Source: Candidatus Bathyarchaeia archaeon
GTDB lineage: Archaea; Thermoproteota; CALKCG01; B24
Length of the DNA: 64,000 bases
Assembly: GCA_038870975.1 (NCBI GenBank)
Contig: JAVZJD010000001.1
Span: 32,001-96,000, forward strand
Direction: 5' to 3'
Positions 39,196-50,140 of the stretch are shown here, piece by piece. The first letter of the stretch is position 1. Every line of letters begins with the position of its first letter. The notes beneath the pieces were generated by a model. It ran no database searches. It saw only the letters and a program-made list of their open reading frames with translations, and had not been told where the DNA came from. Both the position numbers and the translations under genes were made by a program.

Positions 39196-40674
39196 CTAGG
39201 GCTGTTTGATAAGACTAAAGAGAATATTCGGCTGAATGCCCAATAGAATGGTTATAAGGGCTAGGATTAATGTTGGAAGCCACATTGCCCATGGGATGCC
39301 CTTCAAATTGTTTAAACCTTCTGTAGGCTGTCCCAGAAAAATCTGTTGGAAGGAACGTATTAGAATTACTAAAGAGACTATAGACATGCATATGAGAAGC
39401 ATCAGTATTGATAGTGAGAGCATAATTCCCACATGCGGGTATAGGAAGTTGTAGATTGCAGTATAGAGAATCCACTTAGCGTAGAAGCCGCTTAGAGGAG
39501 GAACCCCTGTTATCGAAAAAGCGCAGACAATGTAACTCCACGCCGTATTTTTCATTTTTCCAATTAAACCTCCGAGTGAATTCATATCACTAGTCTCAGT
39601 GGTTATTAGAACCGAACCGAGACATAGCACTAATCCAGCTTTCATCAACGATGAATTTACTAAGTAAAACTGTCCTGCTGTGAAACCGAAAGACGTAAAC
39701 AATCCAAATGGTAGAATCATATGTCCAAATTCCTCTATCGTACAGTAGGCAAACATACGCATGAAGTCTTTCTGGGGAAATGCCGATAAAACTCCAAAAA
39801 CTATACATATAAGCCCGATGCCTAAGAGCAGTAAGATGATTGTTTGAGACGGGTAGACGACGTAGAATGGATAGATCAACTTATGTAGGGTGAGTATGAA
39901 GGCTATCGGCTCTGCCGTGAAGAAACCGTTGATTGTCGGCGGAGAACCGGGGAGTATGTCGGGAACCCACCCGTGGAATGGAACAAGTCCTATGTCAGCA
40001 CCTAGACCGACGATGAAGCATGCAACAATGAGCATCACTAGACGGGGATTCTCCCTGAATAGTTCAGAGTTATCTACTATGGATGAAATGTGTGAGTTCT
40101 TCGTTAAAATGAAGACTGTGAGGATGCCTAGAAGAACGAATAATGCGCTGACTGCTGTGATGATTAAATATTTAAATGATGCTTCAGGGGACAGTTTACT
40201 TGGATTATGCACCACTAGTACTATTGAAACCCCTATTGTCATTTCAACAAATAAGAAGATTCCAAATATGTCATAGGAGAATAGAAGCCCCAACATACAT
40301 ACGAGGAAGAGAAGGACGAAGAAGTTGTACATGCTGGGTTTTAAACGGCCCCCCTTCTCAGCTTCAACATTGAAGATTGAAACCAAGAGGAAGATTAAGA
40401 CGATCCCCACTGCTCCAGCTATATTCGTCAAATCGACTTTAAGAGAGAATACGGGCGTCTCTAAAGCCTCGCCTGATAGAACGTAGGGAACCATCGTCAT
40501 GACTATCAATAGAGTCAAGCCTGTAGCGAATAGCAATGCTACTTTCTCAATCCTTCTAAAGAACGACTCAAGAAACCTAAATGGATAGGTGAATAAGCAT
40601 AAAAACCCTATGAAAGAAGGGACTACTAGAGATAGCAATGGAAGTAAAGAGTACGTCATCCATTCAACCTCCAC
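39196..40674 (-). CDS. Antiporter-like membrane subunit (MrpD/HyfF/NuoM-N-like)
   Basis: EASFKY, PFHGWVPD, GVPPLSGFYAKW; multi-TM. Confidence 0.88.
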   Translation of the reverse strand: MEVEWMTYSLLPLLSLVVPSFIGFLCLFTYPFRFLESFFRRIEKVALLFATGLTLLIVMTMVPYVLSGEALETPVFSLKVDLTNIAGAVGIVLIFLLVSIFNVEAEKGGRLKPSMYNFFVLLFLVCMLGLLFSYDIFGIFLFVEMTIGVSIVLVVHNPSKLSPEASFKYLIITAVSALFVLLGILTVFILTKNSHISSIVDNSELFRENPRLVMLIVACFIVGLGADIGLVPFHGWVPDILPGSPPTINGFFTAEPIAFILTLHKLIYPFYVVYPSQTIILLLLGIGLICIVFGVLSAFPQKDFMRMFAYCTIEEFGHMILPFGLFTSFGFTAGQFYLVNSSLMKAGLVLCLGSVLITTETSDMNSLGGLIGKMKNTAWSYIVCAFSITGVPPLSGFYAKWILYTAIYNFLYPHVGIMLSLSILMLLICMSIVSLVILIRSFQQIFLGQPTEGLNNLKGIPWAMWLPTLILALITILLGIQPNILFSLIKQP

Positions 40675-41300
40675 TTAGAGACTAGAGTAGCCCCATAATC
40701 ACGATAAGCCTCCATCACTACGAATATCCCTACGAGGTTAACAAAGACCATTAGACCAAGCATAAAGGGAACTAAGCTTATGGGACTTTCAGCAATCAAG
40801 GGATAGAGGGAGTTCTCAGCCATATTCAATCCCACGAGGATTTTCAATGGATCCTTCCTGTAGACTATGGGTATGCTGGAGAGCAAGAGCATGAGAGCTA
40901 CAAATGGAAGAACATTGAGTCCTTCTGGGAAGGTGTTTGAAAACCAATATCCTAACGTTAACCATAAAACTGCCAACACTACAATTGATATGACAACTTT
41001 TCTATCGTGAATTAAGGGTTTCTCCGAGACATCTTCGGTTTTAATCACACCCCAGTAGATGATTAGCGGACTTACAGCAGCAGATGTAAACCATTCAACG
41101 AAAGCCGCGAGAAAACTGATGAGGGCTTCCATATGTAAACCAGTTATCAACCCTAGGAGACAGTATACCAGCTCTACGAAACCTATGCTGGCGGCTTGTA
41201 AAGCTAAGAAAACTATCGCCCTCTTAGACGTATGGCTAAGCGCTCCTAATGCTGTGAAGAATGTAGATACTATTAGAGACGCTAGAATGGTTAATTCCAT
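40656..41300 (-). CDS. HyfE-like small membrane subunit
   Basis: Multi-TM; KILVGLNMAEN motif; overlaps the downstream subunit. Confidence 0.65.
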   Translation of the reverse strand: MELTILASLIVSTFFTALGALSHTSKRAIVFLALQAASIGFVELVYCLLGLITGLHMEALISFLAAFVEWFTSAAVSPLIIYWGVIKTEDVSEKPLIHDRKVVISIVVLAVLWLTLGYWFSNTFPEGLNVLPFVALMLLLSSIPIVYRKDPLKILVGLNMAENSLYPLIAESPISLVPFMLGLMVFVNLVGIFVVMEAYRDYGATLVSKWRLNG

Positions 41301-41304
41301 AATC

Positions 41305-43290
41305 TCACCCCATTAGAACAGCTATTAATATTACGACCGCCGCACCAGCCATAAATGATATAACTGCTGGAAAATACTGCTGTTTTATATCTAAGTGAAG
41401 CATTTTCACGCAGAATTTAGAAAAGCTTCTTGAAAACTTGTAGTAGATATGGTCGACGTCTAAAGCGTTACAGATGTTATCGATTTTCACTAAGTTTGCA
41501 AGTACGTGATATAGATGGTAGCTGGATATATGCTCAAGTAGATTTACATCTTCTCCGCAGAGGAAAGGTTTAAGCATTTCCTCTCTCTTGACGTAAGACC
41601 CACGTGTAACTGCACTTCTAGACAAGATGAAAATAACAGCAACAACGATACATGAATATGTTAAAATAGACGCCGTTACTAGGGTTGGATTCCAAGATCC
41701 AGATGCCGTTACTAGATCACCTAATGCTGATGTCAACTTAGCCTCTAAACCCAATTGGTGTAGTGCAGGCAACACTATAAGGTTGAATACAGACTGAGGG
41801 AAGATTCCTACTATGAAGAGGAGTATTGAAAGAAGCACCATTGGGAGTAGCATTAAAACTGGCGCTTCTCGAAGCTCCCTCCTGTAATCTCGACTTTTAC
41901 CCAGAAAAATTGCATGAAACATTCTCAGAATGACAATACTCTTTAAAACACTGCCTAGAAATACAGAAACGATGAAGAATGTAGCTTTCAGCTCTAAAGC
42001 AGCATGGATTATCAACCATAATGCAGTGAAATAACCGAGAAATGGGAAACCTAACCAAGAAAGAGCACCTATGCCTCCACAAATAGTGGTAATAGGCATG
42101 TAATTATGTAAACCACCCATATCGTTCATAGAAGTACTTCCAATACGGTATATCGCTACGCCAGAAGCGAAAAATAGCAAGCCGCAGAAGAAGACATGAG
42201 GAATCATGGCGAATAAACCTGCACCAGTTCCCAAAGGAGAGCCAAATCCAAGTACCATGACAGTGCCTCCTAATGCAGAGATATGGCAATATGCAATAAC
42301 TCTTTTAGTCTCACTTTCCATTAATCCAAAAATCGGTGCTGAGATAAGCGTGATAGCGCCTACTAGAGAAATTATGAAGTTCCATATGCTAATGTTGCCG
42401 AAAAACACGGCTAATTGCGGAGGAAGTGTGACCGAGGAGTGGATATAGGGTGTGAAGATTTGACCGAAGAACCTTGGAAAAGCGTAGAGCCCCATTAGAA
42501 AACCGACGACGTGAACATAGGCTGTTACAGGGGTTGGTGCTACGGTTGCGTCCGGTAGCCATGTGTGTAAGGGGAATTGAACCGCCTTTGGCAGGATCCC
42601 TATGAAGAGTAGTATCATCGCTATGGTAACGGCTGGGGTTGCGTATATTCTTTGGGTCCACTCGTGGATCTCCCAGGTTGAAACAACTGGATATATCGTT
42701 ATTGCACCTATTAGAAAGCATACTGTGCCTATATGCGTTATGATGAGAGTTTTAAGGGCCGCAGCTCTACACGTTGGGTCTTCATGCCAGAACGCGACGA
42801 GAACGTAAGAGCAGAGGCTTGATATTTCCCAGAAGATTATGATCATTATCATGTTGCTTGAGAAACAGGCTCCAGTCATCGCCCCTAAAAAGATCAGCAT
42901 AAACGCATATGCCCTGTTGAATGTCGGTGAAACTGGTTTATATCTGTTCTCCAAGCTAAGGTATTTGATGGCGAAGGTTTGAGCTAGTGATGCGAATAAT
43001 GCCGATAGGAAAGTGGGTATTAGTGCTAAACAATCGATATATACGCTTAGTGAGATCGCCCCAAGTGGTGTATGAGCAAAGGTTATGGAGCCTGCTACTG
43101 GGCCATTCTCCAATATAGTATACGTCAACCCCAATATCAACAGTAGACATATGTAGGACGTTAAAACACATATGGATTTTGCAACGACGCCTCCATAGCG
43201 TGGAATCGTTGCAATTAGATAAGCTACGATAGCTACTAGAAAGGGTAATAGCTGTACTGTAAACGCCAGTTGAAGCGGGTCAAGCAACAT
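41305..43290 (-). CDS. Antiporter-like membrane subunit (NuoL/MrpA/HyfB-like)
   Basis: FWE, KAVQFPLHTWLPDA..APTPV, PFLCGE. Confidence 0.9.
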   Translation of the reverse strand: MLLDPLQLAFTVQLLPFLVAIVAYLIATIPRYGGVVAKSICVLTSYICLLLILGLTYTILENGPVAGSITFAHTPLGAISLSVYIDCLALIPTFLSALFASLAQTFAIKYLSLENRYKPVSPTFNRAYAFMLIFLGAMTGACFSSNMIMIIIFWEISSLCSYVLVAFWHEDPTCRAAALKTLIITHIGTVCFLIGAITIYPVVSTWEIHEWTQRIYATPAVTIAMILLFIGILPKAVQFPLHTWLPDATVAPTPVTAYVHVVGFLMGLYAFPRFFGQIFTPYIHSSVTLPPQLAVFFGNISIWNFIISLVGAITLISAPIFGLMESETKRVIAYCHISALGGTVMVLGFGSPLGTGAGLFAMIPHVFFCGLLFFASGVAIYRIGSTSMNDMGGLHNYMPITTICGGIGALSWLGFPFLGYFTALWLIIHAALELKATFFIVSVFLGSVLKSIVILRMFHAIFLGKSRDYRRELREAPVLMLLPMVLLSILLFIVGIFPQSVFNLIVLPALHQLGLEAKLTSALGDLVTASGSWNPTLVTASILTYSCIVVAVIFILSRSAVTRGSYVKREEMLKPFLCGEDVNLLEHISSYHLYHVLANLVKIDNICNALDVDHIYYKFSRSFSKFCVKMLHLDIKQQYFPAVISFMAGAAVVILIAVLMG

Positions 43291-43396
43291 TAAACACCTC
43301 GAAAATTCCTCCTTTCCTAAAGGAGAAATGTGTTTATATTATTTGCGCTTACATAGTTTTATCGACTGTTGAAATCTCGGTTGATTAAGATGGGGT

Positions 43397-43834
43397 TTAA
43401 GGCTTCGCACCCTCATGTTTCTGTTTACGTAACGGATGTAAACCCTCTGGCCAGTCGTCAGACAGTATTAAACGCTTTAGCTCTGGATGCCCTTCAAATT
43501 TCACACCGAGTAAATCATGTATCTCACGTTCGTATAATGCGGCTCCAGGAATTATATCTGTAATCGACTGTACCGCTGCAATATTGGAGGGGATTTTAAT
43601 GCTTAAAGTCAGTATTACTCTGCCTTTGCTTAGGTGGTAGAGTAATTCAATTCCATCCTCTACTTCAAGCCCAGTTATTGCAGATAAGTGGGTAAAACCC
43701 TCCTTCTTCAAAGCCATGATAACATCTTTAACTCTACTAGGGTCTACTTTGGCTGAGACACGGCTATTCCTTGCTGAAACCACTATGCTTGAAACATCGG
43801 CTATCTGTTTGAGTAAACTGACTACATCCTCCAT
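43397..43834 (-). CDS. NuoC/EchD-like subunit
   Basis: YEREIHDLLGVKFEGHP, HPLRK. Confidence 0.9.
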   Translation of the reverse strand: MEDVVSLLKQIADVSSIVVSARNSRVSAKVDPSRVKDVIMALKKEGFTHLSAITGLEVEDGIELLYHLSKGRVILTLSIKIPSNIAAVQSITDIIPGAALYEREIHDLLGVKFEGHPELKRLILSDDWPEGLHPLRKQKHEGAKP

Positions 43835-44256
43835 AAACCCTAGGACACCGAGCTTTCTCTTAAAGAGAAACTTTTTTATAAATCTCCCGCTTATTCAGTC
43901 AAAAATGGCTTATCTCAGTAGTAGGAATATAGCGTATAATTTGAAAAAGCTCTAAGGTGGAAGATTTTAGGTTTTCAGGAACTCAAATATTTCCCACTTT
44001 TAAACCTTGTTTTCACCATGCTCTCATAAGGCTTATAGAGGCGTATGGTAGATTGGAGTCAATAGACATACTACTGTCTGAAGGCAATTTGCACATTTCC
44101 TGTAGTCTCAGGTCCAAGTATATGGAGCTGATGATTGCAAACATTGAGTTTACTCAAACCTTTAATAGCAGTGGTTGAAGAGCGTAATAATTATATGCGA
44201 GGGGGAGATTTAATATCTCTACGCGTAAGATGACTTTTGAGTTGAGGTAGCCTACT

Positions 44257-44646
44257 ATGAGCGTTGAATATTTGATTAAAATCTCGGAAGACTTTTACGG
44301 TAGAGCTCGTAAGGAGTTTGAAGATTCTACCGTTAAGAGGGATATATTGGGTATAAGAGATTCTGCTGAGAAGGCTTGGAATGCTGTAGTCCAAGCCGTC
44401 GATGCATTGATATTAAAGTATGTTGGGAAGATACCGTCGAGCCACTTCGAGAGGAGGAGGATTTTGAGAGAGCTTGAGGAAGCTGATAGGCGGATTGAAA
44501 GCTTGGGGATCTTAGACCGATACATGTCTAGGTATAAAGTCTTACATGGAGAGACATTCTACGAAGGCATAATAGACATAGAGCAGTTGAAAGTCGAGAT
44601 GGAGAAAGTCGGAAAACTCATTAAAGATATTAAGAGTCTACTTTGA
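44257..44646 (+). CDS. PaREP1/HEPN-like protein
   Basis: SAEKAWNA, SH, LHGETFYEG. Confidence 0.8.
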   Translation: MSVEYLIKISEDFYGRARKEFEDSTVKRDILGIRDSAEKAWNAVVQAVDALILKYVGKIPSSHFERRRILRELEEADRRIESLGILDRYMSRYKVLHGETFYEGIIDIEQLKVEMEKVGKLIKDIKSLL

Positions 44647-44815
44647 AACGCCGCATAGAGCCCATTATTCTCGTTTTTCAGTTGTAGCGCTTTCATGTAA
44701 AGATAAATTTTCGTTCTTAATCTATGGCTTTTATTTAAGGTTATGTCTTCAACGACAGTAAAGGTTTAAAAAGCATATGTCTAAGAATGATCTCAGAATA
44801 ATTACGATGAAAATT

Positions 44816-45241
44816 TTAGGTTTTCAGAATCCAAATTCTTCCCAATCTTTTATAGTTCGATTTTAAGATGTTTTTAGCCTCGGCTATGGTTCCATTCCTA
44901 TCGTAGATTACAATACCGTCCTCTAATGCATCTAGTATTAAACCCCATCCACCTCTAACAGCGTCTATAAGCTCTTCGGGGGTTATCCATATGTCTTCAA
45001 TTAACAAACAGTCCTCCTTAATCTTTAAAGCCATCATCCTCCTCTCAAAGAGGTCTTTTGGAATGCTTTCAGCTACCACTAAAACATCTATATCGCTTTC
45101 CGGATACGGTTTCTCCAAGCCCTTGGCTAGAGAACCGTAGAGGATTAAGCCTGCGGCTCTACCGTCTCTAAGGACCAGTGTGAGGTACTTTTTAAGGGCT
45201 TCTTCATAGGCTTTAGCCCTTAGTTTCGGAAGATTTAGCAA
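44816..45241 (-). CDS. Minimal nucleotidyltransferase (MNT antitoxin)
   Basis: LYGSLAKG...SDIDVLVV. Confidence 0.85.
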   Translation of the reverse strand: MLNLPKLRAKAYEEALKKYLTLVLRDGRAAGLILYGSLAKGLEKPYPESDIDVLVVAESIPKDLFERRMMALKIKEDCLLIEDIWITPEELIDAVRGGWGLILDALEDGIVIYDRNGTIAEAKNILKSNYKRLGRIWILKT

Positions 45242-45678
45242 TCCATACCACCGATGAGCTTTTTAACTATTTCCAAAACGGCTTTAGCGTTGTTGATGAG
45301 TAGAGCCGTCTTTTCTTCATCGTAGATTTCACTAGGCTTGATTATTCTATCAACCGTCTCCCAGCCGTATCTAGGTAGCGTTCCCTGGTCTTCCAAAGTT
45401 ATTGAGTATGAAATCGCTTTGTTCAACAAATCCATATAGTCCTTTTTTAAATCCACCAGCCCACCAGCTATAAGGGACTTGAGGACTATAGTTGGCTTAT
45501 GGGTTTTACCAGGATCAAAACCTAAGGCTACTATAACGGCTTTGATAACCTTCTGAGCGCATTGCTCAGCGTGGTAGACAGCGCTTGGGTAACGCCCGTC
45601 CCTATAGTCTCTCTCACAGTCTTTAAATTCATCCTCAGCCATTTCCAGCCAGTCCAACGCTTTTCTACTGACGGGCAT
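45235..45678 (-). CDS. HEPN domain protein (HEPN-MNT pair)
   Basis: AVYHAEQCAQKVIKA, KTH, PRYG; overlaps the MNT gene. Confidence 0.85.
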   Translation of the reverse strand: MPVSRKALDWLEMAEDEFKDCERDYRDGRYPSAVYHAEQCAQKVIKAVIVALGFDPGKTHKPTIVLKSLIAGGLVDLKKDYMDLLNKAISYSITLEDQGTLPRYGWETVDRIIKPSEIYDEEKTALLINNAKAVLEIVKKLIGGMDC

Positions 45679-45799
45679 CGATTACTTTATAGGCGGTTTA
45701 GAATTTAAGTTTTCACCAGATTAATAACCGTAGGATGAGCGTTTGCCACATCGGGAGTGGGGAAAAAATGGGGGATTAGCCCTATTATGCCCGGTTTAT

Positions 45800-46861
45800 T
45801 TATGCTACTTTCTTACGCAGTGTTAAGAGTGCATAGATTGCGATTCCTAAGGCTATTATTGCGATAACTATTGCTCCGTATGCTGCTCCGCTTATTCCGC
45901 CTACGGAGCCTTCGACGTTGCTGACTCTTCTGGAGAGTGCATCTATACTATCTCGTAGCGCATTGACCGAGTCCCTTAGACTTCTCACATCGCTCAGTAG
46001 CGATTCTATATTCGTCTCAGCCGTGAGGAGCCTTGAAGTTATGCCTGTGATCGAGCCTTTAATTGCATCCATATCCGTCTTCAACGTTCCAACAGTAGTT
46101 CCGAGGTCTCTGAGTGTTTTGTTGAGAGAATCCAGTGACTTATTGAGTGATTCTATTTCTGAAATTAGCTTTGATAAAGCTGGAGGAGTGTCTACAATAA
46201 CTACTTTAAGCGTTTTACTCACTATGGTGCCGTCTTCACCAGTTGCCGTGATAGTTACCAAATAGGTCCCCTTCGTAGCTTCAAGCGACGCTGTCACTAC
46301 TGCGATTGAGCTGAAGCTTGGCGTACCAGTTGCGTTTATGAATTCTACGGATAAGTTTTCAACGGTCGTAGCGGTTAGAGCCACTTTGTAAGTATATGCA
46401 CCTACTGCGTCGACCTGGATGTTCACGGAGTCGTAGAGACCTATGGGTACTGTTGCTGTCTCAGGAGTCAGCGTCACTGTGAATGTTGGAGCTGATGAAG
46501 CGGTGAACGACGTAGTTTTAGAAACGCCTCCATATACGGCCTTGACCGTGTAGGTTCCTGTAGGTAGGGTTTCAGCGAGTCTGAAGCTCGTCGTGTAGCT
46601 TCCGTCGGTACCTGTTTTAACAACGTCTGCAAACCTTAACGTCCCAGCTGGGTCTCTAACCTCAACGTTCACGTAGACGTTGGCTTTAGCCACGTTGTCT
46701 TCCTTAACCGTGCCGCTTATTGTTACGACTTGACCTAAGAGGTACGATGATTTATCCGTCGTGACTGTTACCGTTATGACTGCTGCTGTCGCTGGAGTCG
46801 CTAAAAGTAGCAAAGCCACTAGAAGTAACGGCAGGATTTTAAGAGCGATACTAGACCTCAT
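45800..46861 (-). CDS. Surface protein with Ig-like domains, coiled-coil stalk and C-terminal TM anchor (SlaB-like architecture)
   Basis: Signal peptide; TDKSSY..GQVVTISG Ig-like start; heptad region; terminal TM followed by RKK. Confidence 0.7.
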   Translation of the reverse strand: MRSSIALKILPLLLVALLLLATPATAAVITVTVTTDKSSYLLGQVVTISGTVKEDNVAKANVYVNVEVRDPAGTLRFADVVKTGTDGSYTTSFRLAETLPTGTYTVKAVYGGVSKTTSFTASSAPTFTVTLTPETATVPIGLYDSVNIQVDAVGAYTYKVALTATTVENLSVEFINATGTPSFSSIAVVTASLEATKGTYLVTITATGEDGTIVSKTLKVVIVDTPPALSKLISEIESLNKSLDSLNKTLRDLGTTVGTLKTDMDAIKGSITGITSRLLTAETNIESLLSDVRSLRDSVNALRDSIDALSRRVSNVEGSVGGISGAAYGAIVIAIIALGIAIYALLTLRKKVA

Positions 46862-46877
46862 TGTCTACTCCTCCCTC

Positions 46878-49346
46878 TTAGACGACCGTTATCGTCAGTG
46901 TTATAGGATCTGCTATGGCTTCACCGGTCACGGCATCTACAACCATTATCTTGGCTGTCCAGGTTCCCTTAGCAGCTCCAGTCAGGTATGTAGCAGTAGG
47001 CGTTATAGACTGGCCTGCTACAAGCGTTACCCTAAGCTCGTATATCGGGTACTGTGGTACGCCTGTTGGGTCTGTAAACGTTATCCTTATGATCACGTCT
47101 TTACTGACCGCCGCTTTGTTCGTTATAGTTGCAGTTATCTTGACTTCTTCACCACTACTGTAGCTGGGTTTATCGGTCTTGGCATCAGTTATCGTAGTAG
47201 GCATAACTGGCACTGGTGGAGCATAGGCAACCGTTATGGTTCTAGTGGCTTTAGCCTCGTAGCCCGCAGAGTCTATAGCGTAGACGGTTACCTTGTATGT
47301 CTTATTCACCTCAAGCGTTAATGAGAAGTTGAAGAATGCCTTACTATCCTCTATACTGACTATCGGAACTGAAACGTTGGCAGCACCGTTAAGGCTATAC
47401 TGGAATAGAGATATGACTGTACCTGTCTCGGCTGCAGGTGAAGGCTTAGCCCACCCTGCTATGTAGACGGTTGTAACGTTCTCAGTCGTAGTGACAGTTG
47501 TGTCTTTAGCTGGCTGTGTAATGTTTATTATAGGCTCTAAGGTTGTGACGAGTATCGTGGCTGATGCCGACGCCAACCCGTACTGCGTTGTCGAAGCCGT
47601 TATAACGTACTTGCCTAAGACCGCTGGAGCAGTCCATCCGACCGTAACGCTAGTATCAAGAGGCCCTATGTCTACAATTTCCTCTTCAAGTACACCACCA
47701 GTAGCAGACAAAGTCACTCTTATGGCCGCTTTGAACGAGTTCTCAGAAACTTCATTATCATACTTATCCGCTAGGTAAACTTTGATGTCAGCCGTACCCT
47801 CAGGCTCAACAGCCTCGGGAGCATCTATACCAAGCTTGTAAATCATACCTGGTGTGGTCTTTATTTCTGCAGATTCTACTTCAAAAGTAGCCGTTGGATC
47901 TGTCGTCACGGGTCTGGATACGATAGCTTTAACCGTCGTCGTTTTATATGCCTCTGTATCTACGTAGAACTTGGTGGTTGCCTTGCCATCTCCATCTGTC
48001 GTCGTAGATACTGGTGAAAATCTACCTGCATAGTCTTCAGCGGTGACCTCAAACCTGACTGGAACGCCCTTCTGAGCAGGAATTAGCGTTACAGTGATGG
48101 TTGCATACCTTCCAGCTTCAACCTCAGTTGAAACATTGGGAGTTATTGTAGTTGTCATTTCGGTTGCGAATGTCGACGTTCTAAGCGATTTAGAAGTACC
48201 ACTGTAAGTTCCAGCATACGTACCTGATGGGACTGAAACCTTGGCAGATATCATTGCATATGTACCATATAGTGGATCAGGCTCGTATACCACGGGTAAT
48301 GATTCAGCGGAACCCGCAGGTATTGTTGTAGTAGTGCTTATAAGTGTACCCTTAGTAGCCGTTAATGTCACAGTAGCTGTTACTCCCGCCTCCATAGCGA
48401 CGGGGTTGTCGTATTTATCTGTAACGGAAACCGTAATCTCGAATGAGTCTTCTGTAAGGTAGGATATTGTATAGCCTTCTTCGTCAAATGGAGTTTTAAC
48501 AACGACCTTAGTCGGAGCAGCAGGTACAACTGTTAAAGGCTTTATACCAGGTGTCAACTGTGCCCCAACTGATTCTGCATCTATAACGGCGTCTGCTTTA
48601 AACGTCCAGCTACCAGCCTTTGTAGGCGTATATGTTGCTGAGGCTTTACCATTAGCATCTGTTACAACTTCAGCTATCTTAACGTTATCACCATCTGGGT
48701 TTACGGCCCAGATGACTAAGGGTAGTCCTTTATCAGCTTTCTCATAACCTTGAGACCATGTTGCAACTTTAATCGTGACTTTGTCGCCAGCCTTTGCAGG
48801 AGCGGTGTACTCAAGCGCCACTACTACCGCATCGGCTAAACCCTCGTAGAGATATACTTTTTTAGTTATGGTGGTGTCGTCTACAAACTTAATCGTAACG
48901 GTTAATTCATACTTGTCTACGACACCCTCGGTGGCCTCAGCATCCTCAGGATCTATCCCAATTTTTACTTTACCTTTTCCACCCTCTGGAAGGATGTAGT
49001 TGAAGCCAGATGGTAGCACACTCGCCACAGTCCACGGACCAGTACCTATTACGGTGAAATTTGTACCGGATACGAAACCTGGACACTCTATGAAGGATAT
49101 ACTTTCAGCCGCCGCCGCTGGCACGTATATCCTAACTTCTTTAATGTCCGGGTTGCCTAATGGGTTCTCAATAGTGATAGTTCTAATGGGGAGAGTAGGA
49201 TAGTCTCCAACAACTATGTATGGGTAGTCTAGGGATACTTTCGGCTCTTTAACAGCCGCCAATACTGGGGTCGTTGGTATTGCGATTAATAGTGGTGCTA
49301 GGGCTAATAGGGCTATAAGGGCTAGACTCAACTTCTTGGTTGACAT
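46878..49346 (-). CDS. Large secreted Thr/Ala/Val-rich multi-Ig surface protein (S-layer candidate)
   Basis: Signal peptide; repeated TDxxGKA and DKYDN Ig motifs; several N-X-T/S sequons; no C-terminal TM. Confidence 0.7.
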   Translation of the reverse strand: MSTKKLSLALIALLALAPLLIAIPTTPVLAAVKEPKVSLDYPYIVVGDYPTLPIRTITIENPLGNPDIKEVRIYVPAAAAESISFIECPGFVSGTNFTVIGTGPWTVASVLPSGFNYILPEGGKGKVKIGIDPEDAEATEGVVDKYELTVTIKFVDDTTITKKVYLYEGLADAVVVALEYTAPAKAGDKVTIKVATWSQGYEKADKGLPLVIWAVNPDGDNVKIAEVVTDANGKASATYTPTKAGSWTFKADAVIDAESVGAQLTPGIKPLTVVPAAPTKVVVKTPFDEEGYTISYLTEDSFEITVSVTDKYDNPVAMEAGVTATVTLTATKGTLISTTTTIPAGSAESLPVVYEPDPLYGTYAMISAKVSVPSGTYAGTYSGTSKSLRTSTFATEMTTTITPNVSTEVEAGRYATITVTLIPAQKGVPVRFEVTAEDYAGRFSPVSTTTDGDGKATTKFYVDTEAYKTTTVKAIVSRPVTTDPTATFEVESAEIKTTPGMIYKLGIDAPEAVEPEGTADIKVYLADKYDNEVSENSFKAAIRVTLSATGGVLEEEIVDIGPLDTSVTVGWTAPAVLGKYVITASTTQYGLASASATILVTTLEPIINITQPAKDTTVTTTENVTTVYIAGWAKPSPAAETGTVISLFQYSLNGAANVSVPIVSIEDSKAFFNFSLTLEVNKTYKVTVYAIDSAGYEAKATRTITVAYAPPVPVMPTTITDAKTDKPSYSSGEEVKITATITNKAAVSKDVIIRITFTDPTGVPQYPIYELRVTLVAGQSITPTATYLTGAAKGTWTAKIMVVDAVTGEAIADPITLTITVV

Positions 49347-49819
49347 GGTAGATCCACCGAAACTTTCGACGTAAGAGGTTACTTCTCAACTGCTTATAAG
49401 GTTAACCTATAATCTTGTAGACGAAACTTTATACTAAACGCTAAGCCTTTTTAAAAGAAAATATCAAAATATACAAATGTAAACAATTGTCAACACAACT
49501 CTGCCCAAGAGTTTTTAAAACAACCCATGAAAAACCCAATCTAAGTAGGATTCTACTCTGAGCTACACAGTCTTTAAGAGACAAACGTAGCCCCTCCCAC
49601 CTATTAATTCACTGGGGTCTAAGGGGGGAATAGCTCCCCGCATCGAAGGTTTGAAGCTACTTACGACAACTCTATCTATTGTTAAGCTATGTTTCCCCCA
49701 TTTCATCAACCTACCTCATAGAAAGCTATGCTCTCTGAGCGGAGGGGTAGATTTTGGAGGAATTTTAGAATTAACGTATTCTAGTCAAGTCGTTCCATTC
49801 CATAAGAAGGGGTGAAAAC

Positions 49820-50140
49820 TCTCAAATTGCTTCAGCCTTAGTGAATAGTGGATTTGAAACTGAAAATTGGCTGAGGCTTTAAGCTTAACGAACTATGGGC
49901 ATCGATAGAGAATTTAAGTGTAGCTGGAGGGGGAGGGTTTCAGGCTATAGACTCGAAGAACGCATAAGCGTAGAACTAATACTGGAGGATGGGAAGCCAG
50001 TGAAAGCAGAAGCAGTAGCAACGATTCTACCGGGAGAAGAGGTTATCATAAGCGACAACCTAACGTCAAACCTAGGAATAGTAATACTTGACCCACATAA
50101 AGGAGTTGTGGTGTCTTAGAGATGAGTTGAATGGAGAGGA
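49820..50140 (+). pseudogene. Decayed clan AA aspartyl-protease-like gene
   Basis: SALVNSGFE.. and ..EVIISDNLTSNLGIVILDPHKG fragments in different frames; boundaries approximate. Confidence 0.5.

Noticed and set aside
43957-44178. 73-aa ORF before PaREP1
   Set aside because: No recognisable motif; may be a decayed fragment.
49585-49750. GC-rich patches upstream of the S-layer candidate as a possible sRNA
   Set aside because: Only short, inconsistent pairings; no convincing C/D or H/ACA motifs.
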